From Chloroflexota bacterium (GTDB lineage Bacteria > Chloroflexota > Dehalococcoidia > SpSt-223), in contig JAILZB010000003.1 in the NCBI GenBank assembly GCA_023512725.1, forward strand, positions 1-58,006: a stretch of DNA of 58,006 nucleotides, in the 5' to 3' direction. The notes under the pieces were generated by a model. That model was not told where the DNA came from and did not search any database. It saw nothing but the letters and a program-made list of their open reading frames with translations. The position numbers were made by a program, and so were the translations under genes. Positions 20,941 to 30,621 of the stretch are shown piece by piece; within the stretch, counting starts at the first letter, position 1, and the number at the start of each line of letters is the position of its first letter.

Positions 20941-22496
20941 GGAACCCTATGCCATCGCTGCCTGCTACCGCTCAGACCCTGGTGATGCCGATCCGCCGCA
21001 GCTGGGTGAGCTTCGACGCTGACGCCCCGCGTCTTGGCGAAAGCGATCGTCCCGCCCCGCCGTACCACATCTCGCTCACGTTCTACGACCCCCTCGCGCT
21101 GCCTCGGGTCGTCCAGGACCCGGATGGTCAGTGGCGCGCTGACTTCTCGCAGATGGTCGGCTTTCTGGCCGAGCGCTGGGAAGCGAATGCCGATGCGAGC
21201 GAGTGGACGGTCACCCTCCGTCGTGGTGTGCGTAGTCACTTCGGCAACGAGCTGACCGCCGACGATGTGAAGTGGAGTTGGGACCGCGCCTATGCTCTCC
21301 GCGGCGTTGGGCTCTGGCGCAGCCGAGTTGTCGGGGGGCTCCCCACGAGCGAGGGCGTGATCGCCGCCGACCGCTGGACGGTCGTCTTCCGCCTGCCCGC
21401 GCCGAAACCAAGCTGGCCGAAGTTCTGGGCCTTCGCGACCAACTGCATCTTCGATTCGCGCGAGGCACGTCGGCACACCCGCGAGAGCGACCCCTGGGCG
21501 CTGGAGTTCCTAAGCGCCGTCCCCTGCGGCTTCGGCCCCTTCGCGCTGGAGCGGCAGGACCAGCACGAGCTGCTCGGCCGCGCGCGGGATGACTACTGGG
21601 CCGGCCGCCCCGGACTGGAGCGCGTGTGCTATGCCAGCGTCGCGACCCGTAGCGAGGCGATCGAGCAGTTCCTCGGCGGCGCGTTCAACCTGATCGGCGG
21701 GCTCTTCCCACGCGAGTTCCGTCGCCTGGAACAGTTGCCCGGGGTGGTACCGGTGATCGCCAAGACCAACCAGGCCCAGATCGACCTCGACTGGAAGACG
21801 CCGCCGCTCGACCAGCAGCCCCTGCGCCAGGCGATCCTGATGGCGATCCCCTACGACCGGATCATCCGGGAGGTGTACGACGGCCTCGCCCGCCCGAGCC
21901 GGGGGCCGATCCTCGATATCGCCAGCGATTACGACCCCGACGCGTGGCCTTATCCCTACGACCCGGCGCGGGCGCGGGAGCTGGTGCGCGCTGCTGGCGC
22001 CGAAGGGGCCGAACTGGACTTTGCGGTTGGTGAGGATGAAGAGAGCCAGCAGATCGCCGCGATCGTCGTTGCGGCGCTGGCCGAGATCGGCCTGCGACTC
22101 CGGGTTATCCCTCAACGGAGCGTCCCGCCTGGCCAGCTGACCCCCCTCTGGTTAAACCCGGAGACGAGTCACGGCATCGCCGATCCGCACTACAACATCG
22201 CCCACGAGTACGACCCACCGCGGGGGATGCACGGCGGGCGCTACATCCGCGACCGCGCCATCGTTGAGCGGCTGCGTGCCATCAACGAGCATCCGGACCC
22301 GGCTGCGAAGTCGGCGGAATACCGCCGCCTGGCGCGCGACCTGGTCGAGCTGGCGCCAAAGGTGTTCCTCGCCAACCTGACCTTCCTGCTCTGCTACCGC
22401 GCTGAGCTCGACCCCTGGCTGACCTCGGGCCAGTTTGCCGCTTATCAGAACTTGCTCTGGGCCGCTGGTCGCTCGCTCCTGCCCGATACCCCCTAG
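20937..22496 (+). CDS. ABC-type substrate-binding protein, family 5; no signal peptide visible
   Basis: Signature LAERWE..D..EWTVTLRRGV..H.GNELTADDVKWSWDR, plus GFGPF, LRQAI and YDPARARELV. Confidence 0.88.
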   Translation: MRNPMPSLPATAQTLVMPIRRSWVSFDADAPRLGESDRPAPPYHISLTFYDPLALPRVVQDPDGQWRADFSQMVGFLAERWEANADASEWTVTLRRGVRSHFGNELTADDVKWSWDRAYALRGVGLWRSRVVGGLPTSEGVIAADRWTVVFRLPAPKPSWPKFWAFATNCIFDSREARRHTRESDPWALEFLSAVPCGFGPFALERQDQHELLGRARDDYWAGRPGLERVCYASVATRSEAIEQFLGGAFNLIGGLFPREFRRLEQLPGVVPVIAKTNQAQIDLDWKTPPLDQQPLRQAILMAIPYDRIIREVYDGLARPSRGPILDIASDYDPDAWPYPYDPARARELVRAAGAEGAELDFAVGEDEESQQIAAIVVAALAEIGLRLRVIPQRSVPPGQLTPLWLNPETSHGIADPHYNIAHEYDPPRGMHGGRYIRDRAIVERLRAINEHPDPAAKSAEYRRLARDLVELAPKVFLANLTFLLCYRAELDPWLTSGQFAAYQNLLWAAGRSLLPDTP

Positions 22497-24478
22497 CGCT
22501 CGGGCCGACGCGCCGTGAGGTACTCCTCCAACGTCTGGCCCCGGGCGGCGATATCGTAGGCAAGCTCGCCGACGTAGCGGTACTGCCAGGGAGCGGCCTT
22601 GAATCCGAGCACCGGTTCTTTTCCGGGCGGAGCGCTCTGGATGAAGCCGTAGCGGGCCGCCTGCGTCTTCAGCCAGCGCCCCTCGGGGCTCTCGTCGAAG
22701 CGGTCATCCAGGCTGTAGCCTTGGCTGGCACTGACAAAATCGACCACTGTCCCCAACTGGTGCTCATCATAGCCAGGCTTCGGGGTCAGCTGCTCGGCCC
22801 GGCTCTGGCCATGCTGAGCGATGAGTGCGCTGAAGAGTGCGCGTTGCTCAGCGGGCGAGCGGTAGGCACCGGCCACGGCCGGCTCAAGCCCGGCGGCCCG
22901 CATCGCCTCGATCAAGCGACGGAAGGCATCCAGCATCGTCCGGCGGATTCGCAGCTCGGGCTTGAGGGTCTTGACCACCCCCTCCAGGGGGACGAGGTCG
23001 GCAGGCTGGTAGCTTTCCGGCACGCCCCGCTGGCGCGAGACGAGGTAGAGCAGCGAATTCGGGTCCGACTGGGGCGGCAGTGGCGGCGCGAGTGTCGGCG
23101 TGACCACCGCCCCTGAGCGCCCACTCGTGGTCACTCCGCCGCTGGCAGTAGGCACGGCCGTCGGGCTCAGGGTGGGCCGTGGGCCGGTGAGTGTGACCGT
23201 CGCCGTGGGGAGCGGCGTCAGGACGGAGGTGACGGTCAGGCCGGCGCTGGTGCTGATCACCGCCGGCGGTGGAAGTGCAGCGATGACCGGGGCCGCCGAC
23301 CGGCTGGGTGTGGGCGCGGCCGGCAGTGCCGGCGGCGGAGGGGGGAGAAAGTGGCCCACCGCTGCCGTGCGCACAGCGGCGTGGCCCGCCCCGACCAGGG
23401 TCGCGGTGGCCAGGAGAGTCAGGGCAAGCGCGGTCAGGGCGATACCGACGCGAGGGAGCCCACCGAGCGACCAGCAGCGAGCGCGGGACGTGGCCTCACC
23501 GGTCGGCGGTGCAGCGGGCGATGCCGCGGCCTGGTCGTCCTGCTCGTTCGGGTCCGAGGCTGGTGCAGTGGGAACCGTGGGAACGCTCGCTGGAATCCTT
23601 GCTGTAGCTGGGTCAGCCAGGGCGCTGGCAGTCGCGGCGGCCAGGGCAGGCGGCCCACTCCCAAGGGGTTGCCGCTGTTCCGCCAGGGCGGCTGCTCCCC
23701 CTAGGAAGGGAAGCAGCGCCTGGGCGACCTCAGCCAGGGTGGAATACCGCTCCTCCGGCCGCGGGGCGAGCAGGCGCAGGGCGATCTGGTCGAGGGCGCG
23801 GGGAACCTCCGGCCGCACCTGCGAGGGTGGCGGAGGCAGCTGCTGGCGCAGGGAGGCAGTTTCCCCGACCGAAGCGCCCCGGCAGGGGATGACCCCGCTG
23901 AGCAACTGGTAGAGCAGGACTCCGAGGGCGTAGCAATCGGCCGCTGCATCCCAAAGACCGCTTCGGGCGGCCTCGGGCGAGAGGTACGGCCAGGCGGGAC
24001 CAGCACGAGGGTCACACGCGAGCAGGGCGGCGAGGGCCACATCCATCACGCCGAGGCGGTTGCCCTCCCGGAGCGCCAGGTTGGCTGGGCGGAGGTCGCC
24101 GTGGACGAGGCCGCGCGCGTGGGCCTCCTGGAGCGCCTCCGCAAGCTGCCAAACCAACCACACCCGGGCCGAAAGGTCGAGCGCGAGGGGGTTGGCCTGG
24201 ACCAACGGCACTCCCGGCTCCAGGGTAGTCACGAGAAACGGCTGCCCACCTTCGACCCCCCAGTCCAGGGCGGGGTGAAGCGCTGGGTGACGGAGGGTCG
24301 CCAGCACCGGCGCGATCGCCTCCAGGCGTAGCCCGAGGTCGGCCGCGGCCGAGCGTGGCAGCAGCCGCACCGCCACTGGCAATTGGTCGCCGGCCAGGAC
24401 GGCCCGGTAGACCTCGCCGCTGGCGGAGCTGCCCAGCCGCTCCCGGAGGAGGTAGCGTCCAAAGCGCTGGTCGGGCAC
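22493..24478 (-). CDS. Ser/Thr kinase-like domain, TM helix, Pro/Thr linker and VanY/LdcB (M15B) D,D-carboxypeptidase-like domain; both domains degenerate
   Basis: Kinase part: HGDLRPAN, YLSPE, ADCYALGVLLY. Peptidase part: YRS..EQ, PG.DEHQLG..VD, RYGF, PW.YRYVG. GTG start after AAGGAG. Confidence 0.88.
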   Translation of the reverse strand: MPDQRFGRYLLRERLGSSASGEVYRAVLAGDQLPVAVRLLPRSAAADLGLRLEAIAPVLATLRHPALHPALDWGVEGGQPFLVTTLEPGVPLVQANPLALDLSARVWLVWQLAEALQEAHARGLVHGDLRPANLALREGNRLGVMDVALAALLACDPRAGPAWPYLSPEAARSGLWDAAADCYALGVLLYQLLSGVIPCRGASVGETASLRQQLPPPPSQVRPEVPRALDQIALRLLAPRPEERYSTLAEVAQALLPFLGGAAALAEQRQPLGSGPPALAAATASALADPATARIPASVPTVPTAPASDPNEQDDQAAASPAAPPTGEATSRARCWSLGGLPRVGIALTALALTLLATATLVGAGHAAVRTAAVGHFLPPPPPALPAAPTPSRSAAPVIAALPPPAVISTSAGLTVTSVLTPLPTATVTLTGPRPTLSPTAVPTASGGVTTSGRSGAVVTPTLAPPLPPQSDPNSLLYLVSRQRGVPESYQPADLVPLEGVVKTLKPELRIRRTMLDAFRRLIEAMRAAGLEPAVAGAYRSPAEQRALFSALIAQHGQSRAEQLTPKPGYDEHQLGTVVDFVSASQGYSLDDRFDESPEGRWLKTQAARYGFIQSAPPGKEPVLGFKAAPWQYRYVGELAYDIAARGQTLEEYLTARRPER

Positions 24479-24691
24479 GCGTGGCTCCTTCCCTTGCAAG
24501 CAGCCACACTATGCCAACCGCTCCGCCCGCTCGCAAGCAGCAAGCGACAGCCGTGCTGGAAACCACTGGGTGCGGGGGACGCTTGGCTGGGCGAGCGCGT
24601 TTTCCGGTATGGTGGATCGGGCATGCGGAATGCTGCTGCGCGGTTCGGACTGGCCCCCCGGGCTGGTGAACCGATCTCAGGAGGAGGAACG

Positions 24692-25015
24692 ATGTACGGT
24701 GTCCTGGTGCAATTTCCGGCCGAAGCCCCGCTGAGCACCGAGCAGTGTCGCCAGCGCTGGGAGGCGATTGCGCCCATGTTCGAGAAGGAACCTGGCTTCG
24801 TCCACAAGGCGTTCCTGCGCAGCCCGGATGGCATCACCTGGGGCGGGTTCTACCTCTGGCAGAGCCGTGAGGCGGCAGAGGCGTATTACACCCCCGAATG
24901 GCGCCAGCGCATGAGCGAGCGCTACGGGGCGGAGCCGAGCGTCACGTTCTTTGAGGTCCCCGCAGTAGCGGGTGCAAGTGTCCGCCCTGGACTGGAGGTT
25001 GCGCCTAGCCGATAG
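24692..25015 (+). CDS. YdhR-like monooxygenase (dimeric alpha-beta barrel)
   Basis: PGFVHKAFL...GGFYLWQSREAAEAYY; strong SD GGAGGAGG. Confidence 0.85.
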   Translation: MYGVLVQFPAEAPLSTEQCRQRWEAIAPMFEKEPGFVHKAFLRSPDGITWGGFYLWQSREAAEAYYTPEWRQRMSERYGAEPSVTFFEVPAVAGASVRPGLEVAPSR

Positions 25016-25451
25016 TCGCGAGCTGGAAGAGGAGGTAGGTGACAGCGAAAAAGACGCCCACACCGAGAGCCAGCAAGGCGAGCACCGCGAGTTGGAGGTA
25101 GCCCAGCACCAGGCCGGCGATCGCCAGGCTGCGCCCGGCGCGAGGAGTTGGGCTGAGCCGGAACTGGCGCAGAGCAAGATGCCCGCAGACCACTGCCGCT
25201 ACTGCGCCGAGCACGGGCAGCAGGAGCCACCCTAGCACCCCCAGCACCACGGCCGCGACCGCAAGCGGTACGAGGGGTGGCCCGCCCGGCGTTGGTCGCG
25301 TGGCTGGCTGACGCAGGACCACAGGCGGAGGGACTGCTGCGCTGATGAGCACCCCCCGGGCGGTGGGCGAGGTGCTAGGGTTGCGCCCACAGACACGACA
25401 GCTGGCGGCCTCCGGCGGGTTGGTGGCGCCACAGCTTCGGCAGCTCAGCAT
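25005..25451 (-). CDS. Zinc-ribbon plus DUF4190 membrane protein
   Basis: CRSCG..N......CRVCG ribbon; DUF4190 pattern GHLAL..AGRSLAIAGLVLGY. Confidence 0.85.
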   Translation of the reverse strand: MLSCRSCGATNPPEAASCRVCGRNPSTSPTARGVLISAAVPPPVVLRQPATRPTPGGPPLVPLAVAAVVLGVLGWLLLPVLGAVAAVVCGHLALRQFRLSPTPRAGRSLAIAGLVLGYLQLAVLALLALGVGVFFAVTYLLFQLATIG

Positions 25452-28300
25452 CGCGGATGGCTCTCCAGGAATTCGACGACGCGCGTGGGAATAGCGCTCG
25501 CCGGCACCGTTTCAACCGGGCAGGGAAGCGAACGCCGGAAGGCCGCTCCGTATCCCTTCGTCCGCAAGCGCGTGTCCAGCACAAGGACCACCCCGCGGTC
25601 CTGCTTGCTCCGGATCAGGCGGCCGAAGCCCTGGCGGAAGCGCAGGACCGCTTGCGGAACGGCGAATTGGAAGAACCCATCTGGGAACGCCTCTTGCCGC
25701 GCGGCAAAGAGCGGGTCGCTCGGCACCCCGAAGGGCAGCCGGGTGAGCACGACAACGCTCAGCGCCTCGCCGGGGATGTCCACCCCTTCCCAGAAGGAGG
25801 CTGCTCCCAATACCACCGTCCGGTCGTTCTCGCGCAGCCGGGTGAGCAGCTGGGTCCGGGGCCCGTCGATATTCTGCCCCAGCACGGCGATGTCGTGGCG
25901 CTCGAGCGGCCCGCGCACCAGCGTGCGGACACGCCGGAGGGAAGCGTTCGCCGTGAACAGCACGAGCATCCGCCCACCAGTTGCGATCGCCGTCTCCGTA
26001 ATGACGCGGGCGAGAGCAGCATCGTAGCCGGGCTGGGTCGGCTCCGGGAAGTCAGCGTCAGCGGGAACCAGCACGAGCGCCCGCTCCGCGAAGTTGAAGG
26101 GTGAGCCCAGCTGGAGTTCCTTGGCATCGAGCAGGCCGAGGCGCTGGCGTACGTAGGCGAAGCTGTTCTCGGCGCTGAGCGTCGCACTCGTCAGGACGAC
26201 ACTCTCTTTCTGGCTGAACAGCTCCGCACTGAGCCGGCCGGCCACCTCGAGGGGTGCTGCTGCCAGCACAGGGTCGCCGCCCACACCTTCGATCCAGGTC
26301 ACTAGCCCCGGCTCCGGCCCGAGCACCAGGTGCTGGAGCCCCTCGCGCAGTTCGACCGAGCGCCGGCGCAGGGAGGAGACTTCCAGGAGGAGGTCGCTCA
26401 GCGCTTCCTGGCGGGAGGAGGCATGGGGTTCGAGCAGCGTCTCAAGGCGAGCGAGATCGGCGGCCAGGCGTCCCAGGAGCGTATCGAGCGGCTCCCAGGC
26501 GGTCACCACCGCCTCCCAGAGCGCACTCTGGCGGACCTGCGGCGTGATCCGCGTGCGGTGATCGCCCTCACTCCCGCGGAGGAACGGGTCGAGGGCGGCC
26601 GCGAGCGCCGCCACGGCCGGGCGCGCCCGCTCACACTGCTCCTCGAGCTGGCCGAGCAGCTCATTCAGCGCCCCGCTCACCCACGCGGGGAGCTCGGCCG
26701 CACGGACGGCAACCGGTGCCTCCGCCACCAGGCCACGCCAACGGTCGTGGCCACGTCGCTCGGCGATCGCATCGAGCTGGCGCAGCAGGTCGCGCCGGGA
26801 GATGGTGAAGCCAAACTGGCGGGTCGCCTCGTCTTCGAGATGGTGGGCTTCGTCAATCACGAGCCGGCTGTACTCCGGGAGTACCCGGTAGTTAGCTGCC
26901 AGGTCGGAGAGCAGCAGGGCATGGTTGACCACCACCACATGCGCGTGCTCAGCGGCCCGGCGGGCCCGGTAGAGAAAGCAGGTCCCCCGCTTCTGAAAGG
27001 TACAGCGGCCGGTCAGGCAATCGTCCGCCTGGGCCGAGAGCCGCGCCCAGACGACCTGCTCGCCCGGCGCAAGGTTCAGCTCCGCGCGGTCGCCGGTAGC
27101 CGTCTGGGGCAGCCAGACAAGTAAGCGGCAGAGCAGGCGTACTTCATCGCGCGTCAGGCCGACCGGGGCACGGCGGAACTCGGCCCAGCGACGCAGGCAG
27201 AGGTAGTTGGTCCGCCCTTTGACGACGGCAGTCCGCAAGGGCGGCAGCGACTCGCCGTGCTGCTCCTCCCAGCGCTCCAGCAGGGCGGCAACTTTGGGGA
27301 GGTCGTGCTTGACCAACTGCTCCTGGAGGGTGAGGGTCGCCGTCGAAATGACGACCCGGTTTCCGGTGCGGCGGGCCCACTCGGCGCTCGGGAGAAGGTA
27401 GGCAAGGGATTTTCCCGTTCCCGTGCCTGCCTCGACCAGCAGGTGCTCCCCCCGGACGACCGCTTCCTGGACGGCCGTGAGCATCTCCACCTGCTCGGGG
27501 CGGTACTCGAAGCCGGGGACGGTCTCGCTTCCCAGGCTGCCCGGTTCGAGGAGCTGGGCTATGGGCGCGGGCTCGCTGGCGGCAGGAGCGGGCTCAAGCG
27601 ATGGCAAGCGGTCGGGCGCGCGGGTCAGGAAGTCCAGATTGGCCACGTCGAGCCCGGCCTTGCTCGCCAGGATGGCTCCCAGCGAGCTACCGGTCGTGCG
27701 CTTGCTGACCTCGCGCTCAAGCTGCTGGAAGAGCTGCTTGAGCGGCCAGTCGGTTAGCGAAGCGAGCTGGACGATCTCGGCTAGGGTCTGGGGGTCGAGG
27801 GAACGGCCGACCGCCAGCAAGGCGAGAAAGACCTCTTTGGTGGTCAGGGCATCGGCGAGCGCACGGTGCGCTTGAGTGACGGTCACGCCCAGTCGGCTGG
27901 CGATTGCGCTCAAGCGGTAGCTCGGGAGGTCGGGCAGGAGGATGCTCGCGAGTTCGAAGGTATCGAAGACGGGATTGGTGAGGGGCAGCCCCTGACGCTC
28001 GAGCGCCTCCAGGTCACGCGCGGGGCTCTGACCGACCAGGGGGGCCTCCCCGACGAAGGTGCGGAAGGCATCGCGGACCTCGGCGAAGGTGGGAGCCTGC
28101 TGGAGATCACGCTGGTGCAAGCCGGTCAGCCGGGCAACTGCGAGCGGCAGCGCTCCAGTCGGCCGGACCAGGGTCTGGAAGCGGGCCAGCTCGCGGTGGG
28201 GGTCGAACTTGACAGCAGCAAGTTCGATAATCTCGTCGCGGGGGTCGAGCCCCGTCAGTTCGAGGTCAAACGCAACGTAGACTGGGCGCAAGGGGGTCAC
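25445..28300 (-). CDS. dinG: DinG-family helicase with an N-terminal DEDDh 3'-5' exonuclease
   Basis: Exonuclease DLELTG...HRALAD; Q motif RPEQ; EAGTGTGKS; four Cys Fe-S ligands; DEAH, TSATL, FWEGVD and QGFGRLIR. Confidence 0.94.
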   Translation of the reverse strand: MTPLRPVYVAFDLELTGLDPRDEIIELAAVKFDPHRELARFQTLVRPTGALPLAVARLTGLHQRDLQQAPTFAEVRDAFRTFVGEAPLVGQSPARDLEALERQGLPLTNPVFDTFELASILLPDLPSYRLSAIASRLGVTVTQAHRALADALTTKEVFLALLAVGRSLDPQTLAEIVQLASLTDWPLKQLFQQLEREVSKRTTGSSLGAILASKAGLDVANLDFLTRAPDRLPSLEPAPAASEPAPIAQLLEPGSLGSETVPGFEYRPEQVEMLTAVQEAVVRGEHLLVEAGTGTGKSLAYLLPSAEWARRTGNRVVISTATLTLQEQLVKHDLPKVAALLERWEEQHGESLPPLRTAVVKGRTNYLCLRRWAEFRRAPVGLTRDEVRLLCRLLVWLPQTATGDRAELNLAPGEQVVWARLSAQADDCLTGRCTFQKRGTCFLYRARRAAEHAHVVVVNHALLLSDLAANYRVLPEYSRLVIDEAHHLEDEATRQFGFTISRRDLLRQLDAIAERRGHDRWRGLVAEAPVAVRAAELPAWVSGALNELLGQLEEQCERARPAVAALAAALDPFLRGSEGDHRTRITPQVRQSALWEAVVTAWEPLDTLLGRLAADLARLETLLEPHASSRQEALSDLLLEVSSLRRRSVELREGLQHLVLGPEPGLVTWIEGVGGDPVLAAAPLEVAGRLSAELFSQKESVVLTSATLSAENSFAYVRQRLGLLDAKELQLGSPFNFAERALVLVPADADFPEPTQPGYDAALARVITETAIATGGRMLVLFTANASLRRVRTLVRGPLERHDIAVLGQNIDGPRTQLLTRLRENDRTVVLGAASFWEGVDIPGEALSVVVLTRLPFGVPSDPLFAARQEAFPDGFFQFAVPQAVLRFRQGFGRLIRSKQDRGVVLVLDTRLRTKGYGAAFRRSLPCPVETVPASAIPTRVVEFLESHPRC

Positions 28301-28378
28301 CGGCAATTCTAGGCGGCGCCCGGGTGGCACGTCAATCGCCGGGGCCAGCTAGAATGGCAGGCACAGCAGGGGAGGGAA

Positions 28379-29170
28379 GTGATGCTCCGCGGGTACGTAG
28401 ATACCTTTCTCGGGCAAGTCCATTATCGCGAGGTTGGCACGGGCGAGCCGTTGGTGCTCCTTCACCAGACGGCCGACTCCAGCCGGATGTACACCGAGGT
28501 CTTTCCATGCCTGGCCGAGCACTTTCGCGTGGTTGCGCCGGACACCCCGGGCTTCGGCGATTCCGACAAGCCGAGCGCACCGCCCGGGATCGAGGGCTAC
28601 GCACGGGCGCTCGCAGAGGTCTTGACGGCGCTGGGCATTCCCCAGGCGCACCTGCTCGGCCACCACACGGGCGCCTCCATCGCCGTCGAGGTTGCGGCTA
28701 CCTTCCCGGAACGCGTGAACCGCCTGGTGCTTTCCGGCTGCCCAGACTATGACCCAGAAGTCCGCCAGCAGAAGCTGGCCGGCATCCAGCCGGCCCCCAT
28801 CGAACCGAGTGGGGAGCACCTGCTGCGCGCCTGGGAGCGCGTGAGCGCCGGCATGAAAGGCTGGGCCACCCTGGAGCAGATCCACCGCTCAGCGATCGAT
28901 ACCCTCAAAGCTGGACCCGAGTACTACTACGCCTACCTGGCCGTGTTCACCCAGGATGTGCGGACGCGGATCCCGAAGATCACCGCCCCGACCTTGCTGA
29001 TGAGCGGCGAGCGTGACCTGTTCGTCGAGCGTCAGGAGCAGCTCCGCCCGCTCTTTCGCCAGGCGGAGACCTACGTGTTCCGGGGCGCTGGTGCCCTCAC
29101 GATGATGGAGCGGCCGCAGGAGTTCTGTCAGGTCGTGACGCGCTTCCTCCAGGGGCAGCCCGCGGCGTAG
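28379..29170 (+). CDS. Alpha/beta hydrolase fold protein with a non-canonical active site
   Basis: Motifs PLVLLHQ and APDTPGFGDS; elbow is GHHTG; P.RV..LVL; PTLLMSGERD. Confidence 0.88.
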   Translation: MMLRGYVDTFLGQVHYREVGTGEPLVLLHQTADSSRMYTEVFPCLAEHFRVVAPDTPGFGDSDKPSAPPGIEGYARALAEVLTALGIPQAHLLGHHTGASIAVEVAATFPERVNRLVLSGCPDYDPEVRQQKLAGIQPAPIEPSGEHLLRAWERVSAGMKGWATLEQIHRSAIDTLKAGPEYYYAYLAVFTQDVRTRIPKITAPTLLMSGERDLFVERQEQLRPLFRQAETYVFRGAGALTMMERPQEFCQVVTRFLQGQPAA

Positions 29171-29225
29171 CGCGACGGGACTGGGCACGCTTGCCACGCA
29201 CTGCTGGCGGGGTGGAGCAGGCTGG

Positions 29226-29756
29226 TTACCGGCTGGAGACGGGGGCGATCTCCTCTTTCAGCAAGCTCATCGCGTTCTCCAGGTCTCCTTCGAGAAAGCT
29301 GGTGAACGCCAGGTCGAGGGCGCGCAGGAGGTGACGGAGGTCGGCCAACCGCTCGCGGAACGCCTCGCCCTCGGCACCGTCGCTGACCGCCTGATAGAGC
29401 GTTTCGACTTCGTGCAAGGTTGGGTCGAACTCGCGGCGCTTGCGCTCGGCCAGAATGACCCGGAACAGGCGGTTGACATCGGCGATCGAGGCAAAGTACT
29501 CACGTCGCTCGCCGGGCTTATGGATCCGGCGCACCAGTCCCCAGTCGATCAGGTTGCGGAGGGTTACCGAGACATTCCCGCGACTGATATGCAGCCGCGC
29601 CATGATCTCTTCCGCGCTCCATTCCCGCCCCGTCACGAACAGCAGGGCGTGCACCTGCCCCATCGTCTTGTTGATCCCCCAGGCCTGGGCCATCTCGCCG
29701 CAGTGGAGGATGAAGCGGTCCTCAGCTTGGCGTACCGTCAGCGATCGTTCGGTCAC
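29226..29756 (-). CDS. GbsR/MarR family transcriptional regulator
   Basis: WGINKTMGQVHALL...ISRGNVS..L..L..WGLV...GERREYF. Confidence 0.9.
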   Translation of the reverse strand: MTERSLTVRQAEDRFILHCGEMAQAWGINKTMGQVHALLFVTGREWSAEEIMARLHISRGNVSVTLRNLIDWGLVRRIHKPGERREYFASIADVNRLFRVILAERKRREFDPTLHEVETLYQAVSDGAEGEAFRERLADLRHLLRALDLAFTSFLEGDLENAMSLLKEEIAPVSSR

Positions 29757-29841
29757 TTGTGAAACCTCGAAAAGAGCCTAGGGCGAGAGCGGCTGGCGCG
29801 TCAAGAGGGAGTGCGAAGTATTCTTCCCACGGGAAGGCACG

Positions 29842-30621
29842 ATGATTGTCCAGGCGTTTGGTGAACGGGTCCGGCTGATCGCGCAGCACGACCATGCCCT
29901 TCAGGCGGGCGTCCTCGCTCAAGCGTGGGGTGGACCGCCGTTTGACCCTCCCTCGCCCTTGCTGGTGCGCGCCACTGCTCTGCACGATGCTGGCTGGCAG
30001 GCGTGGGATGACCGGCCCCGGGTCGATCCTGCCACTGGGCTCCCTTACCGCTTTTTCGAGATGCCGGTGGCAGAACACCTGGCCATCTTCCGGCGCAGCG
30101 TGGCTGCAGCATTCGCGGAAGGCGATTTTGCCGGCCTACTGGTGAGTCTCCACACCCAGGGGCTGTACAACGGTCGCTTTGGCTTGGTCGATGTGGGAGG
30201 GGCTAGGGTGGTAGCACCGGCGGAGGAGGCGCTGCTCGTCCAGTTCCTAGGCGAGCAGGTCCGGCTGCAGGATGCCGCCCGGGCTCGCCTCGGCCTGAGC
30301 GCGATCGACCCCGAGCTGTGGCGCTGCTACCGCTTGCTCCAGGTGTGGGATATCCTCTCCCTCTTTTCGCTCATTCCCCAGGCCGCACCGCGGCGGCTCC
30401 CCGCCGTGCCTGTGGGCAGTAGCGAGGTCGCCCTTGAGCTGGTGCCGCTCTCGCCCGGCGTCTTCACGGTGACACCCTGGCCGTTCCACGAGGCGGAAGT
30501 CGAGACGCGGATTCCCATCCGTGAGGTTCCGTTCCAGCGCTACGACGACCAGAGCCTGGGCGCTGCCCTCGCCGCTGCACGCCCGGACGAGCTGCGGGTG
30601 CGTTTCCTCCAGTGTGCCTAG
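29842..30621 (+). CDS. DUF3891 family protein
   Basis: MIV...LIAQHDHA..AG.LA..W...HDAGW..WD..P...P..F...LLVSLH...LLQVWD.LSL. Confidence 0.85.
   Translation: MIVQAFGERVRLIAQHDHALQAGVLAQAWGGPPFDPPSPLLVRATALHDAGWQAWDDRPRVDPATGLPYRFFEMPVAEHLAIFRRSVAAAFAEGDFAGLLVSLHTQGLYNGRFGLVDVGGARVVAPAEEALLVQFLGEQVRLQDAARARLGLSAIDPELWRCYRLLQVWDILSLFSLIPQAAPRRLPAVPVGSSEVALELVPLSPGVFTVTPWPFHEAEVETRIPIREVPFQRYDDQSLGAALAAARPDELRVRFLQCA

Noticed and set aside
23070-23350. Repetitive-looking Pro/Thr/Ala tracts here and at about 33720-33780 and 34440-34540
   Set aside because: Low-complexity protein linkers without a fixed DNA repeat unit; not CRISPR or VNTR.
25445-28300. DinG as a type IV CRISPR or defence helicase
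   Set aside because: It has the housekeeping exonuclease-DinG architecture, with no cas genes or arrays in the window.
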